Virus record (IMG/VR): IMGVR_UViG_3300018876_000008 | Span: 32,001-96,000 of that record | Reading direction: 5' to 3' (one strand) | Length of the DNA: 64,000 bases | Origin: a virus | Shown here: one piece after another, positions 8,777-18,900 of the stretch | How the letters are laid out: each line of letters starts with the position of its first letter | How positions within the stretch are numbered: position 1 is the stretch's first letter | Notes under the pieces: generated by a model | The model's input: only the letters and a program-made list of their open reading frames with translations | What the model was told of the DNA's origin: nothing | The model's database searches: none | Program-made: the position numbers and the translations under genes

Positions 8777-10210
8777 ATGTACTGTAGAGATAATAGTTAT
8801 AGTGATGGTATCGACAGATTTATAGTTATTACTGTCGCTACAGAAAATAACAAAGAATTAGACCGATTTAGAGAATCGTGTCATATTAATAATATACCCT
8901 ACAAGATTATTGGTTTAGGTCAAGAATGGACAGGAGGTGAGGCTAAAGATGGGGTATTGTTACAACCTGGAGGAGCACAAAAAATAAATCTTCTTAAGAA
9001 AGAATTAGAGGATTATCCTAATTTATCTAATCACATAATTTTATTTACAGATTCATATGATGTAATAATTAATTCAACACCAAGTGAAATAGTTAGTAAA
9101 TTTAGGACTATGAAATCACCCGTAGTATTTTCAGCTGAAAAAACTTGTTGGCCGAAAAAAGATTTACAAAATAAGTACCCACCATCAACTACGGAGTATA
9201 AATTTTTAAATTCAGGAGGATTTATTGGTTACGGAGACCACATAATTAAAATTGTAAATAAAATTGATGTAAGCAATGATTACGATGACCAACTATATTA
9301 CACTGAAAGATACTTTGAGTCTTTAGCTGAAGATAAGAATATCATTTTAGATAATAATCAAAATATATTTCAAACCCTTAATGAATCCTTAGATGATGTT
9401 TTGGTGAAGGACGGTAAAGTTTTTAACAGAATAACAAATACGTATCCTTTAATAATTCATGGAAATGGTGGTTCGTCAATAAAAAATGTCCTAAATGATT
9501 ATTACCGCAGGTTATTTGATAAAGATGTTACAACTATAAATTATTTTAAGAAGGAAGATGACTTGGAGGATTTTGAGGATAATGTTAATATAGGATTATT
9601 TCTTGATGAGGAAGTCCCTAACATTAATCAAACTTTCGACCACATTAGATTTTTAAAATACCCTAAAGATAAAATATCCCTCACAATATATTATTCTGAT
9701 AACACACACAAGTATGATATTGATTTGTTTGAGAAAAAATATTCACATATTTTTAAAGAGTTTTATGTAAAATTTAATGACGATGGTAAAATAAAGTCAC
9801 GAAAAGACTTTTTGATTAATTCTTATGGTCTGTCTGATTATACAGTTTTAATGGAATCAAATCACATTTTTAGAAATAATAAATCTTTAGGGTTGATTAT
9901 CAAAGAGTGTGAAGGTATAATAACTCCTATGATTCATAAAGAAGGTAGTGATTGGGTTAATTTTGATTGTGAAAAGACTAAAAAGGATTCTTACAGGACT
10001 TATGAAACTAAAGGAATATGGGAGGTAAATTATCTTTACGGTATACACGTCATAAAAAATGATTTAATTCCTTACTGTGTAAATTCTTTATATATTAATT
10101 ACGATAACTATACAGACCCTAATTGGGACATTATGTTGTGTGATAATTTAAAAAGTAGAGGGGAAACTCTACAAATTTCAAATACAAACTATTACGGAGG
10201 AATTATATAA
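8777..10210 (+). CDS. PLOD/LH3-like glycosyltransferase (GT + accessory domain, no hydroxylase domain)
   Basis: Colinear with the PLOD N-terminal GT domain: VITVAT, GLGQEWTGG, GGAQKINLLKKEL, FTDSYDV, FSAEKTCWP, FLNSGGFIG, DDQLYYT, IFQTLN, IIHGNG. The second half has LKYPKDKISL, as in the PLOD accessory domain. Confidence 0.85.
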   Translation: MYCRDNSYSDGIDRFIVITVATENNKELDRFRESCHINNIPYKIIGLGQEWTGGEAKDGVLLQPGGAQKINLLKKELEDYPNLSNHIILFTDSYDVIINSTPSEIVSKFRTMKSPVVFSAEKTCWPKKDLQNKYPPSTTEYKFLNSGGFIGYGDHIIKIVNKIDVSNDYDDQLYYTERYFESLAEDKNIILDNNQNIFQTLNESLDDVLVKDGKVFNRITNTYPLIIHGNGGSSIKNVLNDYYRRLFDKDVTTINYFKKEDDLEDFEDNVNIGLFLDEEVPNINQTFDHIRFLKYPKDKISLTIYYSDNTHKYDIDLFEKKYSHIFKEFYVKFNDDGKIKSRKDFLINSYGLSDYTVLMESNHIFRNNKSLGLIIKECEGIITPMIHKEGSDWVNFDCEKTKKDSYRTYETKGIWEVNYLYGIHVIKNDLIPYCVNSLYINYDNYTDPNWDIMLCDNLKSRGETLQISNTNYYGGII

Positions 10211-10252
10211 TTCTTCTTTTTTTATTAATTATTTTTTACTATTTTTGTGTTT

Positions 10253-11899
10253 ATGGATAAACGTGAAAATTTACATTACAAAAAAGTTATAGACTCTTAT
10301 AGTATTGATTACTTTAGAGGTTATAACCGTATTAATGATAGATTTGAAACATATTCTGTACCTAAGTATGGTCATTGGGCTCATATTGATAAAAAGAGTG
10401 TCGATGAAAAAGAGTTTAAGGATAATTACGCTAATCAACAAGTTGCAGTTGAAAGTACAAAATACATAATAGTAATTGAAGAGTTTAGTAATAAAATTTC
10501 ATTAAAATTATATTCAACATTCCGAGCTCGTTCAGTAGGTGCAAAGTTTTTTAGAGTTAGAAAGGAATTATTATTTGTTACATACAATTTAAAGTTTAAT
10601 AATTTTTATACTGGTATTGTAAACAAAAAAAATAAAAAATTAATTAATAAGAGAGTTCGCGTTAATGATTTTTATAATCATCCTTTTAGTCGTATTGGTT
10701 TAGAAATAAGAAAAGTACTAAGAGACAGTTCACTAAAAAATGGTGGTAATATAGATGTTATACCTAATATGACAAAGATAAATGATTTATCGGATAACAT
10801 CATGAATATATTTTTAAACGCTATAATGGAAAAATGTGAAGTTAAATGTGATATTAGGAGTAAAGACCACGAGGAAAGGTTTTTTCAACTATTTTTAGAA
10901 TGTAATAAATTTAAGTATCCTAATAATTACAAAGAATACTCAAAATTACGTATACCTAAAAAACTACTTAAAAAACAAATTAATTTAGTTTCATCATTTA
11001 TGTCTACTAATTCTTTATATGGAAAAAAAGTACGAAAGTTTTTAAATAGTGGTGATAATATAGATTTTAATAAGTTAGTTAATCTCTATCGGTTGTTAGG
11101 AGTAGATTATTTTAACCTCTTAAATGATAGTGTATTTTCAAAAAACGATTTACAATACTATGATTCTTTTAAAGTTAACGAATTAGATTTTAGTTTAAAT
11201 TTATCAAACACAATGAAAACGAGGATAGTGAACGTGATAAATCAAGGACTTAGACTTAATTTACTTACAGACCATTTAAGGATGGTTAGTGACTTGAGAG
11301 AAAAACATAATTATATATTTAAATGTCATTTTAAAAATATAGATGAATTTAGTAATGAACATTATGATTTATCAGAGTTATTACAGTCTTATAATACAGG
11401 GGTAATTAACAGAAATTATGGTGATGAGGTTAATTCATGTATCGAAAATACGATAAGTGATTTAGTTGGTATTGAGTATTATCCAAAAGTATTAACTAAT
11501 ACTAAAGAGTATAATGAAGAATCACAAATTCAAAAAAATTGTGTAAGAACTTACTCCGAAAAATCAAATAATATTATAATATCACTTAGATGTGGTAATA
11601 TTAATAGTAATAATCGTGCAACTATTGAATATCGTTTTACTAAAAACAATATAGAAAGAGTACAATCTTTAGGAGGTAAAAACCATCAATTAAGTAATAT
11701 GTGGAAAGTACCTTTAGATATTTTAGATGAGAGAGTTAAAACCTTATATAAAAATAAAATATTAAATCCTCCTCATTTGTTTAAAGAATACAAAAGTGGT
11801 TTAGTAATTGAAAGACGCGCAGTATTAGATGGTGATTATGTAGTATGGGATAACATCGATGATTTACAAGAAAATGAAATTATGGATTTACCATTTTAA
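10253..11899 (+). CDS. PcfJ-like domain protein (start re-called to ATG 10253)
   Basis: C-terminal EESQIQKNCVRTY...RATIEY...QSLGGKN pattern of PcfJ-like domains; ends in DLPF; TATTTTTG box at 10240-10247. Confidence 0.7.
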   Translation: MDKRENLHYKKVIDSYSIDYFRGYNRINDRFETYSVPKYGHWAHIDKKSVDEKEFKDNYANQQVAVESTKYIIVIEEFSNKISLKLYSTFRARSVGAKFFRVRKELLFVTYNLKFNNFYTGIVNKKNKKLINKRVRVNDFYNHPFSRIGLEIRKVLRDSSLKNGGNIDVIPNMTKINDLSDNIMNIFLNAIMEKCEVKCDIRSKDHEERFFQLFLECNKFKYPNNYKEYSKLRIPKKLLKKQINLVSSFMSTNSLYGKKVRKFLNSGDNIDFNKLVNLYRLLGVDYFNLLNDSVFSKNDLQYYDSFKVNELDFSLNLSNTMKTRIVNVINQGLRLNLLTDHLRMVSDLREKHNYIFKCHFKNIDEFSNEHYDLSELLQSYNTGVINRNYGDEVNSCIENTISDLVGIEYYPKVLTNTKEYNEESQIQKNCVRTYSEKSNNIIISLRCGNINSNNRATIEYRFTKNNIERVQSLGGKNHQLSNMWKVPLDILDERVKTLYKNKILNPPHLFKEYKSGLVIERRAVLDGDYVVWDNIDDLQENEIMDLPF

Positions 11900-11971
11900 C
11901 TTATTGACATAATAAAAATATTATACTATGTTTACTACAAAATAAATTCTATAATTAAATACTAAAAAAAA

Positions 11972-12169
11972 ATGTCAAAATTAAGAAGAAGAGTAATATA
12001 CACAGATATTAGATGGGAAGAAACAGAACCACTAACTGAAGAGCAAATTAAAAAATGGAAATCAGACGATGAAGAACTCCAAGAGGAAGTTATGGATGAG
12101 GTAGAGTTTGATTTAGTTAACGATAAGGCCTTAGAAGATTCTGATTGGCCCGAATTAATAGAAGAATAA
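11972..12169 (+). CDS. Small acidic hypothetical protein
   Basis: 65 aa; first gene of a + strand run, after TTGACA...TATGTTTA. Confidence 0.65.
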   Translation: MSKLRRRVIYTDIRWEETEPLTEEQIKKWKSDDEELQEEVMDEVEFDLVNDKALEDSDWPELIEE

Positions 12170-12179
12170 AAATAAAGAT

Positions 12180-12779
12180 ATGGCAAATAATTTAAAAAGT
12201 TTCGTTAAAGTTAATGCTAACGAAAAAACGGTAAAATTTATTGATTCTTTAATCGATAAAATTAATGATAATGACAATGATAGTTCTATAACTGCATTCG
12301 CAAAGGCATTCTACAACAATGTAGAGTTAGGTGAAAGTGGAGGTGTGATGAATTCGTGGTCGTTGGATAATCTTGGTTCTAAATGGACCACTTTGTACGA
12401 TGTTCAAGATGAGGCTGAGTTCTCAATAGAATCTGCTTGGTATCCACCAAAAGAATTTTTTATACATCTATATAACTTATGTGTAGAATTAGATGAAAAT
12501 GTTGAAATTGAAGTTACTTACGAAGATGAAACATATAGTCCAATTGGTGCGATTTTAATTAAGAAAGATAATGAAGGAACTCCTTGTATGTGGGTCGAAG
12601 AAGATGATGATATTGAGAATCCACTTGAGGATATGGATTGGGACGATGAGGAATATGATACAAAATCTGAGGAGTTTTATGATAGTATTTATGAGAATCA
12701 ACAATCACTATTGGCGTTATGTCATGAATTAGTATTAACAGATGGGGAACCAATATTAGAAAAAGAAGAAGTAGAATAA
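12180..12779 (+). CDS. YubB/DUF1281-like ferredoxin-fold phage protein
   Basis: WSLDNLGSKW, FSIESAWYPP and YEDE motifs; acidic tail. Confidence 0.55.
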   Translation: MANNLKSFVKVNANEKTVKFIDSLIDKINDNDNDSSITAFAKAFYNNVELGESGGVMNSWSLDNLGSKWTTLYDVQDEAEFSIESAWYPPKEFFIHLYNLCVELDENVEIEVTYEDETYSPIGAILIKKDNEGTPCMWVEEDDDIENPLEDMDWDDEEYDTKSEEFYDSIYENQQSLLALCHELVLTDGEPILEKEEVE

Positions 12780-12780
12780 T

Positions 12781-13917
12781 ATGAAAATTAAATTAGAATA
12801 TATTTGGTTAGATGGGTATAAACCCGAACCAAATCTTAGAAGTAAAGTAAAGGTTGTAGATGCACCTACCCATGAAGTTAAGGGTAAAACATTACACGGA
12901 ATAACATTAAAAGATTGTCCTCAATGGGGATTTGATGGTTCATCAACTAAACAGGCTGAAGGTAATTTTTCTGATTGTATCTTAAATCCTGTTAGGTTAT
13001 ATCCTAATCCACTTAACAAAGGTATATTAGATTCATACCTTGTTTTTTGTGAAGTTATGAATCCTGATGGTACTCCACATGAGTCTAATACTCGTAATTT
13101 ATTAGGTAAGGAAGATGATAAAGACTTATGGTTTGGTTTCGAACAAGAATATACCATCATGAAAGACAGTAAACCTATCGGATTCCCAAAAGATGGATTC
13201 CCTGAACCTCAAGGTAAGTATTACTGTGGTGTTGGTAATGGTCAAGTAAACGGTAGATTATTCGTTGAACAACATATGGAAAATTGTATTATGGCAGGTA
13301 TTGAAGTTACAGGTACTAATGCTGAAGTAATGTTAGGTCAATGGGAATACCAAGTATTAGGTAAAGGTAAACTAAAATCAGGTGATGACCTTTGGGTATC
13401 GAGATATATTTTAAATCAAATGTCAGAGGATTATGGTTTTAAAATAGAATACCACCCTAAACCTGTAACTGGTGATTGGAATGGTTCAGGATTACATTGT
13501 AACTTTTCTAATATTAAAATGAGAGAAGAAGGGGGTAAAGAATATTTTGATGCAATATTTAAAACATTTGAGTCAAGACATATTGAACACATAAAATGTT
13601 ATGGTTCTTCAAATGACATGAGGTTAACTGGTGACCACGAAACTCAATCAATTCATAAATTTAGTTGGGGAGTATCGGACAGAGGAGCATCAATTAGAGT
13701 TCCAATATCCACAGAAAAAGAATGGAAGGGATATGTTGAAGACAGGAGACCTGCTTCTAACGCAGACCCCTATAAAATCATTAACATTATTAATGAATCT
13801 ATAAATAACGCAGAAGAACTATACAAAACATTACACAATATGTATAGCGATGTAAAAGTAAGTGATGAAGTCAAAGAAATGGTTTTGACTGAACCATTAG
13901 AAAGAGATACTGAATAA
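12781..13917 (+). CDS. glnII: Glutamine synthetase type II
   Basis: LEYIWLDG, WGFDGSST, GFEQEY, PQGKYYCGVG, NAEVMLGQWEYQ, DWNGSGLHCNFS, RLTGDHET, RGASIRVP, EDRRPASN. Confidence 0.95.
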   Translation: MKIKLEYIWLDGYKPEPNLRSKVKVVDAPTHEVKGKTLHGITLKDCPQWGFDGSSTKQAEGNFSDCILNPVRLYPNPLNKGILDSYLVFCEVMNPDGTPHESNTRNLLGKEDDKDLWFGFEQEYTIMKDSKPIGFPKDGFPEPQGKYYCGVGNGQVNGRLFVEQHMENCIMAGIEVTGTNAEVMLGQWEYQVLGKGKLKSGDDLWVSRYILNQMSEDYGFKIEYHPKPVTGDWNGSGLHCNFSNIKMREEGGKEYFDAIFKTFESRHIEHIKCYGSSNDMRLTGDHETQSIHKFSWGVSDRGASIRVPISTEKEWKGYVEDRRPASNADPYKIINIINESINNAEELYKTLHNMYSDVKVSDEVKEMVLTEPLERDTE

Positions 13918-14291
13918 TGGAAAAAAAAGATAATATAGTTGATAAGGATAGATACCAACTACCTAATGAAATATTAACTTATGTTAGTAAAATTATGGGT
14001 GGTACAGGTAATCATTCCTTACCAACTGTTATCGAAACAGAGTTTTATACTAAAGATGCTTTAGATAGAATTTTAGAGAAAAATAAAATAGTATCATCGT
14101 ATAAAACTTATGATGGTGATAATATAACCTTAATAGATGGTCTTATACGATTTTCGGACAGTATTAGTTTTTTATATTTTATAAAAAGAAAAGATGAAAA
14201 TACTTATAAGTTTTACACCATATGTAAAGAAGAATCTTCTAATGGTATGATATTCTTCTTGAATAGTTATAAAAAATTTAAAACAATTTAA
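13917..14291 (+). CDS. Hypothetical protein
   Basis: 124-aa ORF, translationally coupled (TAATG). Confidence 0.65.
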   Translation: MEKKDNIVDKDRYQLPNEILTYVSKIMGGTGNHSLPTVIETEFYTKDALDRILEKNKIVSSYKTYDGDNITLIDGLIRFSDSISFLYFIKRKDENTYKFYTICKEESSNGMIFFLNSYKKFKTI

Positions 14292-14294
14292 AAA

Positions 14295-14615
14295 ATGAAA
14301 ATATTAAATTCTCAAGAACTACAAGAAAAAATTGACAGCGGAGAAAAATTCATTGTAGATATGTATGCCGATTGGTGTGGTCCTTGTCGAATGTTATCAA
14401 AAGTGATTGATAATGTTGATAAAAAATTAACAGAGGAAAATCATTCAGTCAATATCTACAAATTCAATATTGAATCAGATAAAGATATGTCTGTTAAATT
14501 AGGTGTACGTTCAATACCCGTTCTATTAGCGTTTAACGAAGGTAAAAATGTCCAAACTAAAATAGGATTAGTACAAGAAAACGTGATAGTAGAAATGGCT
14601 AATTCCATACTTTAA
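14295..14615 (+). CDS. trxA: Thioredoxin
   Basis: WCGPC active site and VRSIP cis-Pro motif. Confidence 0.93.
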   Translation: MKILNSQELQEKIDSGEKFIVDMYADWCGPCRMLSKVIDNVDKKLTEENHSVNIYKFNIESDKDMSVKLGVRSIPVLLAFNEGKNVQTKIGLVQENVIVEMANSIL

Positions 14616-14623
14616 ATTTTACA

Positions 14624-14908
14624 ATGAAAAAAGTAGTATTATATACGATGAAAGGTTGTCCTCACTGTGATGAGATGAAACAAAAATTAATTGAGTCTAA
14701 AATAAGATTCACTCAAAGAGATATTCATAAATTTGAAAAAGAATATGATTTGTTTGTCGAGGCAACCGGTAGTGAGTATATACCTGCATTCATGTTGTTA
14801 AACATTGGAAAAAATAATAAGACATCAGACGTAAAATTAATGGTACCTGATGATGACTTTGATGATTTAGATGAAGCTTTGTATAAGGTGAGAAGATATT
14901 TAGACTAA
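14624..14908 (+). CDS. Glutaredoxin-like protein
   Basis: VVLYTMKGCPHC and YIP motifs. Confidence 0.85.
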   Translation: MKKVVLYTMKGCPHCDEMKQKLIESKIRFTQRDIHKFEKEYDLFVEATGSEYIPAFMLLNIGKNNKTSDVKLMVPDDDFDDLDEALYKVRRYLD

Positions 14909-15766
14909 TATCATCTCACCTACTTTATCTTTTATTTTCCATATATTCTCATTACTTATGATTTCTTCTTCAAAATCATAATTCTCTAAATCCCATCTTG
15001 ATATAATTTTATTAGGTTCAAATGTAAATAAATCTAATATTAGTGATTCCAACCATTCTGTACTAGTTATTAAACTTTTAGAAGTTATCTTAAGACTTAG
15101 GTTTTCCCAGTTGATGGATTCAAAATCTGAATCTGTAAAAAATTCAATATTTATATCCTTACACAAATTTCTTTCAAAAATATTATATATTATATAGTTG
15201 AAGTAAGAGTCAAATAACTTACTAGATTTTAGATGTTTACCATATTTTTCAGAAGAATAAAAACTTTCAGATAGATTATTAAGGTTTACAATTTTATAGT
15301 CATCAAAATTACTTATGATATTATTTAAATTCTGAGAATTATATTTTTTATTTATAAGTAGAGTATTTAAATCTGTACACGCGGTCAATCTATAATCTAA
15401 ACCATTTAACGTGTCGTTATAAGTTATTTTATTTAAGTTATTGATAAAGTCATCTTTAATATAAGTTTTATTAATATAAATTGGGTCTTCTTTGATAACC
15501 TGACTATATTCTATCAAATCAACAACATTAAATGTAATTGATTTATTAAATAATTTTTGATAGTACGAATTAAATAGTTTGGAAAAGTTTAAAGGGGTAC
15601 TATGTGTTGTGATGCCTTTAACCACTACAAAATTTCCATTGTTTATTACTTGTATATTTGTTTTATGATTTTTTGTTTCTTTATTTATTTCAGTAATTAT
15701 TTTATTAGCTAATAAATTAGTTAACTTTTTACCGTTAGAATAAGTTTCTATAATTTGATTCGACAT
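14900..15766 (-). CDS. Degenerate S-adenosylmethionine synthetase (MetK)-like protein
   Basis: Segments align by eye to MetK ([10 protein letters not shown] ~ [39 protein letters not shown] ~ [45 protein letters not shown] ~ FDLRPAGIIEMLDL). GHPDK and GAGDQG are absent. Confidence 0.55.
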   Translation of the reverse strand: [288 protein letters not shown]

Positions 15767-15904
15767 ATTAAATGACTTTTAAATATTTATTGATTGAATG
15801 ATAAAAAAAATTACTCAAAGGATAAATACAAATCAGTATTTAAATTAGATATAAACTTCTTTACGAGTATTTATAATATAAGATAAAACCTTTTAAATTC
15901 ATAC

Positions 15905-18900
15905 ATGGCTAAAGACGTAAGAATAGTACCACAACCCACAGGAACTACACTTCCTTATATTTTATTTGAAAATGCAAATGGTGATGTTATGTCACTTAAT
16001 GTTAGTGATGATGGTCGCATAGTATTTTCAGGTGCCACTCATGGTAATAATTTAGTAACCATAGATAGTGACCGTGTTAATATTAAAGGCTCAATACATA
16101 TGGGTAATGACATGGGATTCAACGGGGTTATGACTATTACCGATACTGGAGGGTGGAAAGGTAGTACAGTCGGATTAAAAGGTAATAAAGGTACTGTAGG
16201 ACCAACAGGTCCAAAAGGACATCAAGGACCAACAGGCCCCGCAGGTGCAAGAGGGACAACCGTTAAAGGTGAAAGTGGTGATAAAGGAAGAAAAGGTCTT
16301 AAAGGTCTTAAAGGGCTTAAAGGTAATATTGGTACCAGTAGAATATTTTATAATGATGGAGATAAAGGGTTAAAAGGAAAACAAGGACCACAATCAACTG
16401 ATAAAGGAGATAAAGGACTTAAAGGTCTTAGAGGTGTTAAAGGCGAAATAGGTCAATTAGGTCCAATAGGTATACAAGGACCACAAGGCCCTGTGGGTTT
16501 AAAAGGAATTAACTCAGATAAAGGTATAGTTGGTGATAAAGGGGATAAAGGATTAAAAGGTCTAAAAGGTTTAAAAGGGTTAAAGGGTCCTGTCGGATTA
16601 AAAGGTAAAAAAGGTATTTTGGGACCACAAGGTCCTATTTCTCAAGCCGGTAATGTTGCGGATAAAGGAACAAAAGGTCCAAAAGGGCCACAAGGTCAAA
16701 AGGGACCAAAAGGAATTCAAGGACCACAAGGTACAAAAGGGTTAACCGCAAACACAGGAGGTCAAGGACCAATAGGGCCTAAAGGGCCAACAGGGAGTAA
16801 AGGTATTAAAGGACTTCGTGGTAACAAAGGGGTTAAGGGACTTAAAGGACTTAAGGGGCTTAAAGGTCGTAAAGGTCTTATTGCGGTAACTGGTGATAAT
16901 GGTCAACAAGGCCCAATCGGTCAACAAGGTCCCATTGGTTTTAAAGGTGATAAAGGACTTAAAGGTTTAGAAGGACCAAAAGGACCAAAAGGTATCAAAG
17001 GTCCTCAAGCCGAAACAACCGTTCAAGGACCACAAGGTTCACAAGGACTACAAGGAAATACTTCTACCGATAAAGGTATCAAAGGTCAGAAGGGATTAAA
17101 AGGTAATAAAGGTATAAAAGGATTAAAACCTAATAGTGGTGAAAGAGGGAATATAGGAGAAACAGGACCTAATGGGCCTCAAGGTATTCAAGGTCCGAAA
17201 GGAGATGATAAAGGTCAAAAAGGTTTTAAAGGTATAAAAGGTAAAAAAGGAGTTAAAGGAGCCATAGGTCCACAAGGTGAAATTGGTAATCAAGGTAATA
17301 TTGCTACCACTGGTGATAAAGGTCTTAAAGGATTATTCGGTCCAACAGCATTTAAAGGATTAAAAGGGTTAAAAGGTAATAAAGGATTAAAAGGTCCAAA
17401 AAATATTCAAGGACCACAAGGACCTGTCGGGTTGGATGCGGATAGAGGTTCGATAGGTAATCAAGGACTTCAATCGACCGATAAAGGATTAAAAGGTCCA
17501 AAAGGTCCAAAAGGAATTAAAGGATTAAAAGGTTTAAAACCTGGAAGAGGACCCCAACCTAGTGTAGGGTCGAGGGGAGTTCAAGGACCACAAGGACCAC
17601 AAGGACCGCAAGGGCCTACATCAGCAGATAAAGGATTTAAGGGACTTAAGGGACTTAAAGGTATTACAGGTGTAAGAGGAGAACAAGGTATAGGTGGACA
17701 AAGAGGAACTCAAGGGACACAAGGACCAACAGGAAATAGAGGTAATACAGGTACTAGCTCAGATAAAGGAAATAGAGGTCCCCAAAGTACTGAAAAAGGA
17801 TTAAAAGGACCTGACGGAGGTAGAGGACCTCAATCGACCGATAAAGGACAAAAGGGACCTCAAGGAAGTAGAGGGGCAAAGGCCTCAACAGGTGACCAAG
17901 GACCAACCAGTACTGATAGAGGGAATCAGGGTGAAACCGGTCCTAATGGGCCAAATTCAACTGATAAGGGACAAAAAGGACCTAGAGGAGGAATAGGTAC
18001 TCAAGGACCTAAAGGTTATAAAGGACCACAAGGACCTGCTAACAATGACAGAGGCCCGGTAGGTGATAAAGGTTTTAAAGGACCAAAAGGAAATAGAGGT
18101 GCTATCGGTGGACAAGGTTCAGTGGGTAACACTTCTACCGTTAAGGGTTCTATAGGTCCCTCTAATACTACAAAAGGTCTTAAAGGAATTAAAGGTAGAA
18201 AGGGTAGTGAAGGTCCAAGAGGACCAGAAGGCCCTCAAGGACCAAGAGGTACAGCATCTACAGTTAAAGGATATAAAGGACCTAGTAATAGTGTTAAAGG
18301 TATTAAAGGGTTAAAAGGTTTAAAAGGTTTAAAGGGCCCAAGAGGACCACAAGGTCCAAGAGGACCACAAGGTAGTACATCTACAGTTAAAGGTTCTATA
18401 GGAAATCCTAATAACTTGCAGGGTTTAAAAGGTTCAAAAGGTTTAAAAGGTCTAAAAGGTAGTACAGGACCAAGAGGTCCACAAGGGGCGAGAGGTAATG
18501 TGTCGACAGTTAAAGGATATAAAGGTTTAGCCAATAATACAAAAGGAAATACAGGAGAAACGGGACCTCAAGGTTTAAAAGGTCGACAAGGTAGTCAAGG
18601 ACCACAAGGTCCAAGAGGAACGGCTTCTACTGTTAAAGGACCAAAAGGATTGACAAATACAACTAAAGGTCCAAAAGGTCTTAAAGGGTTAAAAGGACTT
18701 AAAGGAACCAAAGGTCGAAAAGGAGACAAAGGGTTAATAGGTAATCAGTCCACAGTCAAAGGATATAAAGGACCTAATAATACTACAAAAGGACCTAAAG
18801 GACCTAAAGGGTTAAAAGGGTTAAAAGGAAATTTTGGACCTGCAGGATTTAAAGGATTTAAAGGTCCACAATCAACAGTCAAAGGTGCTATAGGTGAACA

